DNA of 55,592 nucleotides, filler included, from Jimgerdemannia flammicorona (lineage: Eukaryota), in NCBI GenBank assembly GCA_003990765.1. It is 3 parts of 3 records of this genome, joined end to end, with 100 filler letters (N's around TTAATTAATTAA, not from the genome) between each part and the next. Parts side by side here need not be neighbours in the genome. Positions count along the whole stretch, not along the records: positions 37,139 to 55,592 come from RBNJ01002208.1; 2 more parts are not named here. One strand, 5' to 3'. Every line of letters begins with the position of its first letter. Within the stretch, counting starts at the first letter, position 1. Under the pieces are notes generated by a model. It had not been told where the DNA came from. It searched no databases and was given only the letters and a program-made list of their open reading frames with translations. Shown in pieces: positions 44,391 through 55,592 of this stretch. The position numbers and the translations under genes are program-made.

Positions 44391-47065
44391 CAGTAGAGGA
44401 AGAGGGCTCAGTAGGAGCCAGGAGAGTGAACCCAGAGCTAGTGTCAAAGTGAACAGAAGATATGTAGGAGAGCATATATAAGAGGGATGAATAAAGAATG
44501 TAATCAAAAATGCATCAGCCATTTATTGCTATGTAAAAATGCAGTCCTCATATACAAAATATGATATCCCAAAAGAGAGAATATGCCACAACTTGGGGTG
44601 AACTAAATTAGAAACCACATAACTACCAGAGATAAGTAGAGATAAAGAGAGAGCCAATCCTAGTTGTAAGATAAAAATCACAAACAAACACAAATAAAAC
44701 AAATCCAAATCAAGATTAAAAAACATCCACAGACTCTAGAGAGATGAGTATGAACAAGGAATAAGGCCAAAACAGAACAAACTATAGTGAGCTTGAGTGA
44801 AGCAAGGGGCTGAAGGTAGTGGAGGGGAGTAGAGTGAAGGCTGAGACTCCAGAGCAAGCATGAGAGGGAGCAAGGATGTTTTTTAATTCTCTTTAGAAGA
44901 ACTGAAGGCACCAGAAGGTGATGAAAATACAAAATGAGAGTGATAGATTAGAGAAGAAATAGAAGAAAGATATAAATATTAATCAGAGGGCATTAGGATA
45001 GAGATGAAAGTCCATAGCATAAATACTCAGAGTACATCAGAAGTGATGATGGAATCCAAGATGGGATGAGGACACTGGGGGAGAACCATACCAGAGAGAA
45101 GTTTAAGAATGAGAGACCTTCTCCTTCCCTCTGACTTTTTTTGAAGGTAGTGAGCCTGACAAGTGAGAGCATACTCCATCAGAGTGCCAGACCTTGTAGC
45201 CATAGGCTTTCATGCAGCCCTTACACTTGGGGGCATGAGTAGAGGAGACAGAGGAAGAATCAGCAGAAGAAGCAGAGAGAGAGTAAGCAGTCAAAGGGGC
45301 AGCAGTGCAAGGGACACCACTATGGGGGCAGACAGACTTAACTGGGTGCCAATAGATATAGTGAAAGTGACTAGAGCAGACAGCACAGAGCCAAGCCCCA
45401 ACAGAGTGAGAACCAAGTTGGCTGCCATACTTGGGGGCAGGGGGAATGGAGGAGGAGGCCTTGGCAGGGGAGAGAGACCAGGAAGAGGCTGACAAAGCCT
45501 TATTGAGCTTAGTGGGGGTCTTGACAGAGACCTTGGCAGTGGCAGTGGCAAAAGAATGAACCTTGATATGAGCAGCAGTATGAGCTTTAGTATAGATGGT
45601 CTCAGAGACTGAAACCTCAGAAGAGGTGAGCAGGGGAGCAGTGGTGGTAGTACAAGCAGCAGTAGTAGTATGTGACATTTCCTGCTCATGAAGATAAGTG
45701 ACAAAGGAGGTATCAGCAAGGAGGAAGCAACAAACTGCATCAATATCAGTGGTGACAGAGAGAATATCTTGGATAGTAAAGCTATAAAAAGAGACAGAAT
45801 CTACAAAGCAGGAGAAGGTGAGGGCTATGAAAGAGGCACAAGTATAGTGGAAGAAGATAGAAGCAGTGGTAGCAGTAGCAGTGGCAGCATCAGCAGTAGC
45901 AAGCTTGGCAGTGATAGAGGCAGTGTGAACCTCTTCAAAGAGGGCTTGATGGCAGACCTTGGGGAGAATGGAATAGTAAATGGCAGGTATAGTAATAATG
46001 TTGACATTATAGCAGAGATAAGCCTCCTTAGCAGAGAGGGCAAGGACTGACCAAAACTGAGAGAGGAGCAGATGACCAGATGGATAAAGGTCCAGAGAGA
46101 GTGAAAGAATGGTGGATGAGACATAGGTCTTGAATGAGATAGTAGCAGAGATGAAAGTGGGGGGAGGGGGAGAAGGAAAAACCTCATCCATAACCTTGTT
46201 AATGGAGATAGAGGCCCTGAGGGCAGACAGTATAACAGTAGAGGAAGAGGGCCCAGCAGTAGCCAGAGGAGTAAATCCAGAGCCAGTGTCAAAGTGAATA
46301 GAAGATATATAGAAGAGTATGTATAAGAAAGATAAATAAAGAATATAACTGAAAATATATCAGCCATTTATTGCTATATAAAAATACAGTCCTTATATAT
46401 AAAATATGACATTCCAAAAGAGAGAATGTACCACAACTTAGGAAAAACTGAATTAGGAACTATATGACTGTCAGAGATAAGTAGAGATAAAGAGAGAGTC
46501 AATTTCAGTTGCAGGATAAAAATCACAAACAAATATAAATAAAACAAATCTAAATTGAGATTAAAAAATATCCACAGACTCTGGAGAGATGAGTGTGAGC
46601 AAGGGGTGAGGCTGAAACAGAGCAAGTCACAGCAAGCCTGAGTGAAGCAAGGGACTGAAGACAATAGAGGGGAGCAGAGTGAAGACTGAGACCCCAGAGC
46701 AAGTATGAGACCCTGGAGAGGACAAGAATGTTTTTTAATCTTGATTTGGATTTGTTTTATTTGTATTTGTTTGTAATTTTTATCCTGCAACTGGGATTGG
46801 TACTCTCTCTTTATCTCTGCTTATCTCTGATAGTCATGTGGTTCCTAATTTGGTTCACTTTAAGTTGTGATGCATCCTTCCTTTTAGGATATCATATTTT
46901 ATATATAAGGACTGTGTTTTTATATAGCAATAAATGGCTGATGCATTTTTAGTTCCATTCTTTATTCATCCCCCTTATATATACTCTTTCACATATCTTC
47001 TGTTCCCTTTGACACTAGCTCTGGGTTCACTCCCCTGGCTCCCACTGGGCCCTCTTCTTCTATTG
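44391..47065 (-). mobile_element. Unclassified element with ~340-bp terminal inverted repeats, an internal ~500-bp direct repeat and one zinc-finger ORF
   Basis: X at 44391-44728 and 46236-46573; inverted X at 46726-47065; spacer S at 44729-44873 and 46574-46725. Confidence 0.7.
45103..46191 (-). CDS. 362-aa Ser/Ala/Thr-rich protein with two C-x2-C-x9-H-x4/5-C motifs (Gag/ORF1-like)
   Basis: Uninterrupted ORF containing CAVCSSHFHYIYWHPVKSVC and CKGCMKAYGYKVWHSDGVC. Confidence 0.6.
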   Translation of the reverse strand: MDEVFPSPPPPTFISATISFKTYVSSTILSLSLDLYPSGHLLLSQFWSVLALSAKEAYLCYNVNIITIPAIYYSILPKVCHQALFEEVHTASITAKLATADAATATATTASIFFHYTCASFIALTFSCFVDSVSFYSFTIQDILSVTTDIDAVCCFLLADTSFVTYLHEQEMSHTTTAACTTTTAPLLTSSEVSVSETIYTKAHTAAHIKVHSFATATAKVSVKTPTKLNKALSASSWSLSPAKASSSIPPAPKYGSQLGSHSVGAWLCAVCSSHFHYIYWHPVKSVCPHSGVPCTAAPLTAYSLSASSADSSSVSSTHAPKCKGCMKAYGYKVWHSDGVCSHLSGSLPSKKVRGKEKVSHS

Positions 47066-47396
47066 TTTTTTCTCATCAAGTAGAAGAGTTATCCTATATA
47101 TAATACTATCTGGAAAAAGAAAGAAGCACTGGAGAATATATATGAAGCTCTTTAGGACTACATAAAAATACTTACTTTATAGCAGAAAAAGGAACTATAG
47201 CTCTAAAAATAGCAAATATAAAGATAATATATATTTACCTAGAATATATATAATACTGAATATTGTAAGAAAAGAAATACTATAACTAGTCAATGAGGTA
47301 AAAAGGTTATTCTGTTAAAGAACTCCTCTGGATCTCTAATATATAGTTAAACCAGAAAGATTATACAGAATCAATACAATATATAGTATATACTAG

Positions 47397-48850
47397 TGTG
47401 ACAAGCCAAGACGTACCACCCAAATCATATCTTAACCAGATGACGCGAACAAAATGATGTGAACACTCAGCTTAGTAACCAGCAACTCTTGCTGTGGAAA
47501 ACTGTATAAATAGCCAGACATACCAGAAAGGGTCTGTTTACCCATACAGACTCTGTATACTGTACAGACTCTGTATACTGTACAGGTCCTGTACACCATA
47601 CAGACTCTGTACACCTGCTATAAGTAGCAAATCTATAGTTAGCCACATAGTAACCAGATAGCAACCAACTTGTATAAATTACCCCAGAGGCAAGAGTGAA
47701 TAAAACCTCAGTCCGAAATTGAAGCAAAAAGACAAGTCTGCCTACCACACTTCGAGAGGAACTCTACAGCTACTGCTAGGAGATTGTGAGCTTATTTCCC
47801 CACTCCGGTCCACTTTCCGATATAAAGAACAAGTCCGAATTGAAGTGCAAACCAAAGAAGCCTCTAAAGATTGAGCAATTGGTCCCCTTATTCTCACTCC
47901 AGTCTACTTTCCAATATAAAGCTGAAGATTCGCCACCTAAGTTCAAGAAGAACTTCACCACCTTTGAAGAGAAACCCTTGGTTCACTTGCCAGATAAGCC
48001 TGAAGATTTCCGCCTTTTCTGCCACATTAGAAAGCTGCCTTGCTCAAGCCAGTTTCTGACACAACTTCGCAGTGGAGCCAGTCTATGACATAACCCCGCA
48101 CAAACGAAGCCAGTCTTTGACGTAACTTGCCAAGAATCTGAGTAGTATTCCCAGTTGAAGCCGATTCAGAAAGAATCCATGCCACCCGAGTTATTCAAGT
48201 TATCCACTGCCTTTTGAATTATCTGCCATATTCCCAGTTAAGCTGCTGTTTTCAAGAAGTCCGCCGATTCAGAAAGAATCTGCATTGTCTGCCATTTTCA
48301 AGTTACCCGTATTCTCAGAAGAACCATCTGAGTTATTCGTCATTCCCAGTGAGCCCGAGTTAGCGAGTTATCCACCTCCCAAGATAATTCCCAATGAACC
48401 CGGTATAGAAGAAACTGCGCCAAATATTCCCAGTAAGCCAAATCGAGTTATCCGTCAAATCTGCATAAGGAGAACCGCTAAATTGCCAGACCGTCATGCA
48501 TAAGGAGATCGTCGCGCCACACAGAGATTATCACGCAGAAATCGCATAAGGAGAACCACTAGATTGCCAGACCGTCACACCCAGAGATCGCATACTTTTA
48601 GAGATCGTCGTGCTACACAAATTATTGTGGCATTCCCAGTTGACCCAAGAAGAAAAAGACACACAAATCACCGCTATATCCAGAGAACTGTCCCAATAAG
48701 GAAATCGCTTGCACAGTATCCAGATCTTGACTATTATTCCACTAAACACCAAGAACATTTTGTTGCTTTTAACAAAGTAACTGGGGGCTCAAGCCAAACT
48801 ACATCAACCCCCAACCTTGTAATTTGCCTCCATTGAGCCAGCACGTTACA
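47397..48850 (+). mobile_element. Solo LTR (or non-autonomous element) F, 1454 bp, 4-bp TSD CTAG
   Basis: TGTGAC...GTTACA termini. CTAG at 47393-47396 and 48851-48854. GTATAAAT boxes near 47504 and 47672; internal tandem repeats. Confidence 0.75.
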
Positions 48851-49501
48851 CTAGTATGATATAGTACTTATCAGTAGTCACAAAAAGTCATCTGATTGGA
48901 TTTGAACCCCCAGTCTGCAACCTGGAGGACAATGTCTTAACAGAGTGATCAACTTTCCATCTAAAGTCAAAAGAAGAAAATTTCAAGCTAATAAAACTCC
49001 ATATTTTTCCATATGATCAGTACATACTCTGCTTATAGTAACAGGTCATGTATTTCTCAGAAATGTGATCAAAATAAAGTTACACTAGCCAGATGAATAA
49101 GTATTAATACTCAGGTCAAGGATACTCTACAACCTCTATCTCTTTTCTCCTCTTCAAAAAAAAAACAATATAAAGAATTCCTACTGCCTACTGCCAAACT
49201 GCTTATCAAAACCAGTCTCTTCTAAGCTAGATTGATCACCTTTTTAGATATATATATTCAGATCACTATCCAAGGAAGGAACTGCTGCTCTGAGGCTCTT
49301 AACCTCACTAGTTAAGACCTAAGACACTATGTTCTCAACTATAAAGTTAAAGATAGGGCTTATCTTGCTACTAGCTGTCTTAAAATCTGGTATGAATATG
49401 AAATTAGATACCAACTTCTCCAATAAGTACAAGACCTAACTACTAACCAAGTTACAGACTAGGCTCACCTGGACAGATATGAGTAAAGACTTACTATAAA
49501 G

Positions 49502-50217
49502 AGCCTGGAGTGCTGAGGTATGATAGTGGATACTGCTAAAGAACTGGGTGGTCTAGTGGTATACGCTATAGAGAAATATTATGCTCAACTTCCACTCAGG
49601 ACACCTTGTCAAGGGGAGAAGCTTTGACTGTAAAGAGTGCCACAATGTGGGACAAGAGGGGAGATTTATACAGATATCAGAATATTGGCTAGGAGAGTGT
49701 GAGGTACTTGGTGACTTTTGGCTAATAGTTGGAGATTGATTGGATATCATATATAGGAAAGATAGTAAGCAGGGTCAGTGGGAGGATTTGAGGGATAGAC
49801 TGGTGGGGGGGGTGGGAAAGGAGTGGCTTACTTTAGATTAGATATTGGCAGTTTGGGTAGGGTTGGTAGATCACTAGTTGTTTGTTTTTGAGGAAGAGAG
49901 AAGCCTGGGTTTGGGGATGAGACTGTTGAGATGAAAAGGGATAATAGAGGACATTATGGTAGGCTGGTGGCTTGGCTGGGGTCTGCAGAGTGGTCAGAGG
50001 TGTTATTTGGTAGAGAATATCTATAGACAGAGTAGAGGGAGAATTGGAGTTGTAGATGATAAGATAGTCTTCAAATATGAAAGTATGGGGGGGAGACTCT
50101 TTTATGAGGATTGAGTAGTGGGAGAAAATCCTATAACTATAACTATAACAATAGACTGGTAATAAATTGCAAAGTCCAAGTAACTATAAAAAGAAAAAAA
50201 AGAAAAAAAAAAAAAAA
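49502..50217 (+). mobile_element. 5'-truncated LINE (same family as 51209-55592) with poly(A) tail and a TSD of at least 14 bp
   Basis: Aligns with ~54910-55592. AATAAA then an A-rich tail. TSD GACTT(A/G)CTATAAAG at 49488-49501 and 50218-50231. Confidence 0.92.
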
Positions 50218-51208
50218 GACTTGCTATAAAGGTTTATCAAATTATATAGCATATATCTTTTACAATCTCCAATCTCACCTATGTATAACTGAAGGACTTC
50301 CAGAGTCTCTTCTTCTCTAAAATTAATATATTTAAGATCAAGTTACCAAAGAAGCTCATTCCTGGATCATCCTCAAGTCTACTAACTGTGAACTCTACTG
50401 AAGCCCTCTCTTAAATGACAATCTAGACCAATGGCTTCAAGGTCTTTCTGATCTCTATAAAAGACTACATATCCAAATAATATCCCCAGGTATGATTAGC
50501 AAGTTATCTATCTAGATGACCCTAACTATATTAGATAGAGGACCTCTATATTATTATCTACAGATACTCAACAACCATTTGCAGACCTCATTGACTTCTC
50601 TATATTTAATACTAAGCTATAGCAACTACTCTTCTAATTACTAGTAGAGAAGATAACAATAATGAGATAAATAAGATAGAGAATGTCTCAACCTCTCTCT
50701 TAGTTCTCAATTTTCAAATCAATATAGACATTGACTTTTAAGAGAGAAAAGATATAATAGAATAAGTGCAAGCAAACAGATGAGATATAATAAATGATCA
50801 TATGACTAATAATGATATTATAATTGAGTATAATATATAATGATGAATATAATGAATAAAATATAAATAATATGAATAATCCAGATAAAACAATATCTAG
50901 CTTATACCCAATAATCAGTGCTACAGTGTAATAGAACGAACGAGCAAGCGAACAGATGAGATGTGATGAGCAATCATGTGACCCAGCGATGATGTCATCA
51001 TACGATCGAGCACGACATATGACGAACGAACGAACAATGTGAAAAACGATATCCAGTTTATCTCTGACAACCGGTGCTGCAGCAATTGTTACCACAGTAG
51101 CTGATCATTGCCTAGTAATTGAGATCCTGATCACAAAGTTGTTTTTGCCAAAAACCACCTGACAAAGGTCACAATCACAAACCTCATTATAGATACCAAA
51201 TTAGTCAC

Positions 51209-51832
51209 GAAGATGTGCCAATGCGAGGGGCCCAGAGGGTGTAATTCGGAGTTCCAGAGGTGGCATATGGGGGATAGGTGGAGGCGGATGGCGAGGAGGA
51301 ACTGGTGGATGTCCCGGAAGTATGAGATGAGTCTGCAAGTGCTGGAGCTGACACCACAATGTTGGATGGAGGGAGGCCGGCGACTCCGGGAGGGAAAGAG
51401 GTGGGGAACTTACTTTGGATATGCCGGATGATAAATAACCTGGCGGCAGAAGAGTTGGGGGAAGTGGACTTGTGAGTGATGAGTGATGAGCATTGGGTGG
51501 GAATACTGCAGGGGGATGGTGTGATGAAGGCATTGAAGGCGGAAATTCTTGCGGTGTACCTGGAGGAGGAAGGATATGAGATGGATAAGGAGAGGGAGGA
51601 GGAGATGGTGGTTGTTGCTGGAGAAAGGGCTGAATACTGCTGGAACAAGTGACATGGACTATAGCTCTGGCAGGAAGTGTGCATCGAATACCAAGAGGAG
51701 TTTGAGGAGAAGGCTGATGGCGAGATGAATGAACTGCTGGCTGGATTGGAGGCTCAGAGGGCTGAAGAGGAGGAGGTGGCTGCAGAACATAATTTGGACA
51801 GGGCACAGGAGGAGATGAGCATAGAGCAGTAG
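51209..51832 (+). pseudogene. 3' part of LINE ORF1 (acidic, Glu-rich)
   Basis: Mostly open frame (..LAAEELGEVDL..KALKAEILAVYLEEEGYE..EQ*) directly upstream of ORF2 and in the same frame. Confidence 0.55.
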
Positions 51833-51865
51833 AGGCAGATTGATGACATCACATATATCATCAAT

Positions 51866-54800
51866 ATGAACAGTACAACCAATATTTTCTCTTTGAATGT
51901 GAATAGGTTACGGGGTGCTTCTCGACGTAGGAACATTTTTACTTAGATGAAGGGACTGGAGGCCGATCTCTTCCTCTTGCAGGATGTCCAGTGCGAAGAT
52001 TACTCTGATAGGTTAGAATGGATGAAGGAATGGAGAGGTGCGGCAATTTGGAAGGGCAAGGTTGGGATTTTGGTTAGGAAAGGCAGAGGGGAGATACAGA
52101 ATACACAGTGCTGGGGGGAGAGACTGGTCTGGGGAGAGTGGATTCGGGCAGGCTGAGAGCCAGTTATGGTTGGTTCATGCTACTGCCCTGCAGTACGGGG
52201 TGAGAGGGTCGATTGGGTGAAAGGCTTACAGGAGAGTGGATTACTTGCAAAGGCCAGGGTGGATGTGCTAGGGGGAGATTTCAATATGGTTAGGGATATA
52301 CTGCTGGATAGATCAGATGGAGGACGAGGTGCTGAGAGCAGGAGTGGAGGGCTGGTGGCATGGGAGGAAGTAGAGAGGCTGAGTGTGCTATTGGATACTG
52401 GAAGGGAGTGCTGGGGGAGTAGGAGGGTCTATACACATTGGGCAGGGGGTCTGGGGACTAGAATCGATTGGATTTTGACAGCCTGCTGCTGGAGACTAGA
52501 TGTTTGGAAATCATTGGAGGTGGAATGGTGTCCATGGTCGGATCACTGAGGGCTTTTGGGACAGGGGTGCTTTGGGAGAAGTGGGGATGGGCCTGGACAT
52601 TGGCGCCTCAATTCCTCTTTGTTAGATGACAAGACTCAGTGGGATGAGTGGGCTAAAGACATTCAGCTGAGGGTGGAGAACTGGAGGCAGGAAGGGGCTG
52701 CAGTTGGGACTCGGTGGTTGAGGATGAAGGAAATGGCCAGGATTTACTGGAAGGAGGCTGGCAAGGAGGCAGGGAAGTAGCGAAAACAAAGAGTGCGCTG
52801 GGCCTCTGCTAGATTGATGAGGCTCCTGGAGGAGTGGGCAAGGCTGACGATGTTGGAGGGAGAAGAGGATTGGAGATTAATGAGGGCAAAAATGGAGGTT
52901 GGGGAACTTCAACAGGTGCTGTGGGAGGAGGAAGAGACAAGGGTACAGAGCTTGGCAGCACGGCTTCGTTGGCAGAATCTGGAGGAAGGAGAGAGGCCTT
53001 CCAAGCTTCTTACAAGGGCCCTTAGGGCAAGGCGGGTCCAGCAATGGTGGGAAGGGGTATTGGACTCTGATGGTGTACTGGTGCATGGTGTACAGGACAT
53101 TCTTGGATCGCTGAAGGAGAGATGGAGTGGATTGTGGAGTGAGGAGGAAGGTGGGGCAGATGCCGCTACAATTGAACAAACATTGGAGGATTGGCACCCA
53201 CCACAAGTTGAAGGGCTAGGGGACCTGATGTTGCCTGTACAGGAGGATGAGATCCACCAGGTTCTTGCCATGACAATGTCTGGTATGGCACCTGGGGAGG
53301 ATGGGCTGCCCTGGGACTTTTGGAAGCGAATGGTTGAAGTCCCAGGGGTGACGGGAGAGATAACAGCATTGTGTGACCTTATTCTACAGACAGGTAGATG
53401 GGTGGGGGAGCAGGACCTTGGGCTGGTGATGCTGCTCTACAAAAACAAAGGAAGGCGGGAGGATTGGAAGAATTGGTGGCTGATAATGCTGCTAGATATG
53501 GACAGAAAGTTGGTAACTAAGGTGGTGGTGGTGAGACTACAGAAGGTGGCCCAGCAAGTCATGGGTGTTGAGCAGAGGGGATTTGTGGGGGGTCAGCTCA
53601 TCAGGGATGGCACTGCCTGGGTGTATGGCATCATTGAAGGGGCGAGGGCATGTGGACTGGATGGGTGTCTCGTTTTCTTGGACCAGGAGAAGGCTTACGA
53701 CCGGGTGCGGAGAGTCTGGCTGGAGAAAGTTTTGGATAGAATGGGGGTACCACGTCAATTCTGGTCGACAATGGTCAGCCTACTGGAGGGGAGTAGGGCT
53801 GCTCTCATGTGTAATGGACATAGAGGGGTAGTATTCCCCTTGGGAAGGGGAGTGCCCCAGGGGGATCCATTGTCCCCCATTTTGTATACTCTTTCCCTGG
53901 AACTGCTCATGGACTGGATTAGGCGGAGGATAGTGGGGCTCTCTGTCTTTGGCATAGGTTGGAAGGTTGGGGCCTTTGCTAATGACATGGTGGTGGGCTT
54001 GGGTTCGATTGCTGATGTTGAGGAGCTCAAGAGGACTGTGGAGTGGTATGAGGAGCATTCTGGAGCTAAGCTGAATTGGCATAAGTGTGAGACAATGGTG
54101 CATGGTAATGGCCTGGTGGGAGGAGAGGTTATAGGAACAATTGTCCCCACCGGTGAAGCAGTGCAGTACTTAGGTATCTACTTGTCAGTCTATGGGTCAG
54201 TTCTGCCCAAGCTTTGGTGGAAACAGAGGATTGGAATCTGGGAGGAGGCTCTGCAGAGTTGGGGAGGAAGACATTTCTCTCTGGCAGGGCAGGTCTTGAT
54301 TTTGAATGTCTACTGGCTGCCAAAATTGTGGTACCTGGTGTATCATCTGGACTTCCCAGCCTGGGTAGTGAAGAGATTGATGAAGTTGGCGAAGGGATGG
54401 ATTTGGGCTGGCAGGCAGAGTCAGATTAGTTGGGAGACCTTGTCCCTACCAGTGGCAAGAGGCGGTCTTGGGCTGGTTGACTTCCCAAAATGGTTACACT
54501 GCTTGAGAGCATGGTGGCTGAAGAGGGCGGTGGAGTTGAGAGGAGGTGGATGGGTTCCTCTGTTACAGAAGATATGGGAGAGGCAGGCATCGCCAAGGGG
54601 CTCAACTGGTGATCTCCTCTCCTTGGTTGAGCTTCAGAACACTGCCCAACTATGATATAACAGATTTTGGTGGGGAATTGCAGAAGGAGTGCACCGCATT
54701 GGCATTCGTTGGCAGGGGAATGAAGGTGAGGAGGATTGGGACCCGGCAATGTGGAGATGGGACCGTATACTGCTGGGTGGTGCTCCTTTAGTTGAGTTCG

Positions 54801-55522
54801 ACATTGGTAATGGAATGGAATGCCAAAGGGGACCAGGCCAGGATCTGTGGCCTAGCAGTTGGCAAGGAGTTGGAATTGGTGAAGAATGGAACTGGCACAG
54901 TATTTGGACCTGGAGCGCTGCAGTGAGAGCATGGCTGCCACCAAAGTACTGGGTGGTCTGGTGGCACATGCTGCAGAGGAACGTTATGCTCAATTTTTGC
55001 TCAGGGCACCTGGTTGTAGGGGGTTGCTTCGACTGTGAGGAGTGCCATAATGTAGGGCAGGAGGGGGGTTATGTACAGATGCCGGAACATTGGCTAGGAG
55101 AGTGTGAGGTGTTGGGGGATTTTTGGCAGACAATTGGGGATCACTTAGGGGTATAGGGTAGGAGTGATGAAGTACAGGGGCGATGGGAGGACTTGAGGGT
55201 TAGATTGGTAGGGGGGATAGGGAAGAAGTGGCTTACTTTAGGTTGGGCTTTGGCAATTTGGGTGGGGTTGGCCAGTCATTGGCTATTTGTTTTTGAGGAT
55301 GGGAGAAGGCAGAGCTTGGGGGACCAGCTGCTGCGATGGCATAGGCTTATGGAAGATACCTTAACTGGCTGGTGGCTGGGTTGGGGGATGCGGGGTGGTC
55401 GGAGGCACCACTTGATGGAGAAGATCTGTGGGCAAAGTGGGGGGAGAGTGGGGGTAGTTGGTGAAAGGGTGATTTTCATTCATGAGAAAGTAGGGAGGGG
55501 CCCCCCAGTGGGGATTGGATAG
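51866..55522 (+). pseudogene. LINE ORF2 (1218 codons; APE endonuclease, RT, C-terminal Cys/His motif), with in-frame stops but no frameshifts
   Basis: FSLNVN, LLQD, GGDFN, RIDW, SDH, GPGHWRLNSSL, APGEDG, DQEKAYDRV, GVPQGDPLSP, FAND (FADD), YLG and C..C..H..EC. Track ORFs 51947, 52166, 52556, 52793, 54689 and 55193 all share the frame of ATG 51866. Confidence 0.95.
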
Positions 55523-55592
55523 TGGGTCGGAATGATGTATATTTACTCATAGACTGGTAATAAAGGTGGAGTCCAAGTGACTATAAAAAAAA

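Larger units (their letters stand above)
47066..51208 (+). mobile_element. Family E-related copy E3: chromodomain tail and LTR with accessory ORF (~49010-50741), interrupted by a solo LTR, a LINE fragment and a LINE
   Basis: 47066-47330 matches 42283-42540. 49010-49501 plus 50218-51208 match the E1/E2 LTR (IWYEYEI.., DLIDFS, LVLNFQ, GATCACAAAG repeats). Confidence 0.8.
51209..55592 (+). mobile_element. L1/Tx1-like non-LTR retrotransposon, 5'-truncated within ORF1
   Basis: ORF2 with APE endonuclease, RT and zinc finger. AATAAA at 55559-55564 and a poly(A) start at the window end. The E3 LTR sequence stops at 51208. Confidence 0.95.

Noticed and set aside
51201..51806. Pro/Ser-rich minus-strand ORFs (201 and 159 aa) and other antisense ORFs across the LINE and LTR elements
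   Set aside because: These are shadow frames caused by strand compositional bias of the sense coding sequence.

Overview
Fungal repeat-rich DNA made almost entirely of nested, transition-decayed retroelements, in three contigs separated by N-gaps (18471-18570, 37039-37138). From left to right: (1) Ty3/gypsy pol remnant G (minus, <1-3263) interrupted by chromovirus copy A (plus, 3264-13804, ~2.06-kb LTRs). (2) An AT-rich relic and a CpG-intact P-type ATPase pseudogene (~15495-16940). (3) A three-level nest: chromovirus B (same family as A, minus, 20607-31014, TSD CTTGA) inside chromovirus C (minus, 18750-35199, 404-bp LTRs, TSD AGAGG) inside an LTR-like region of family D. (4) Three fragments of chromovirus family E (~2.2-kb LTRs), an unusual inverted/direct-repeat element with a CCHC zinc-finger ORF (44391-47065), a solo LTR, a 5'-truncated LINE with TSD, and a near-complete L1/Tx1-like LINE (51209-55592). 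Main result: families A/B, E and D each carry a long accessory ORF in or beside the LTR, upstream of a shared GTATAAATACCCC TATA box. These proteins share two modules in mix-and-match fashion. Families A/B and C also carry a dUTPase between the Gag zinc knuckle and the protease. All alignments and translations were done by hand; no database search was run.
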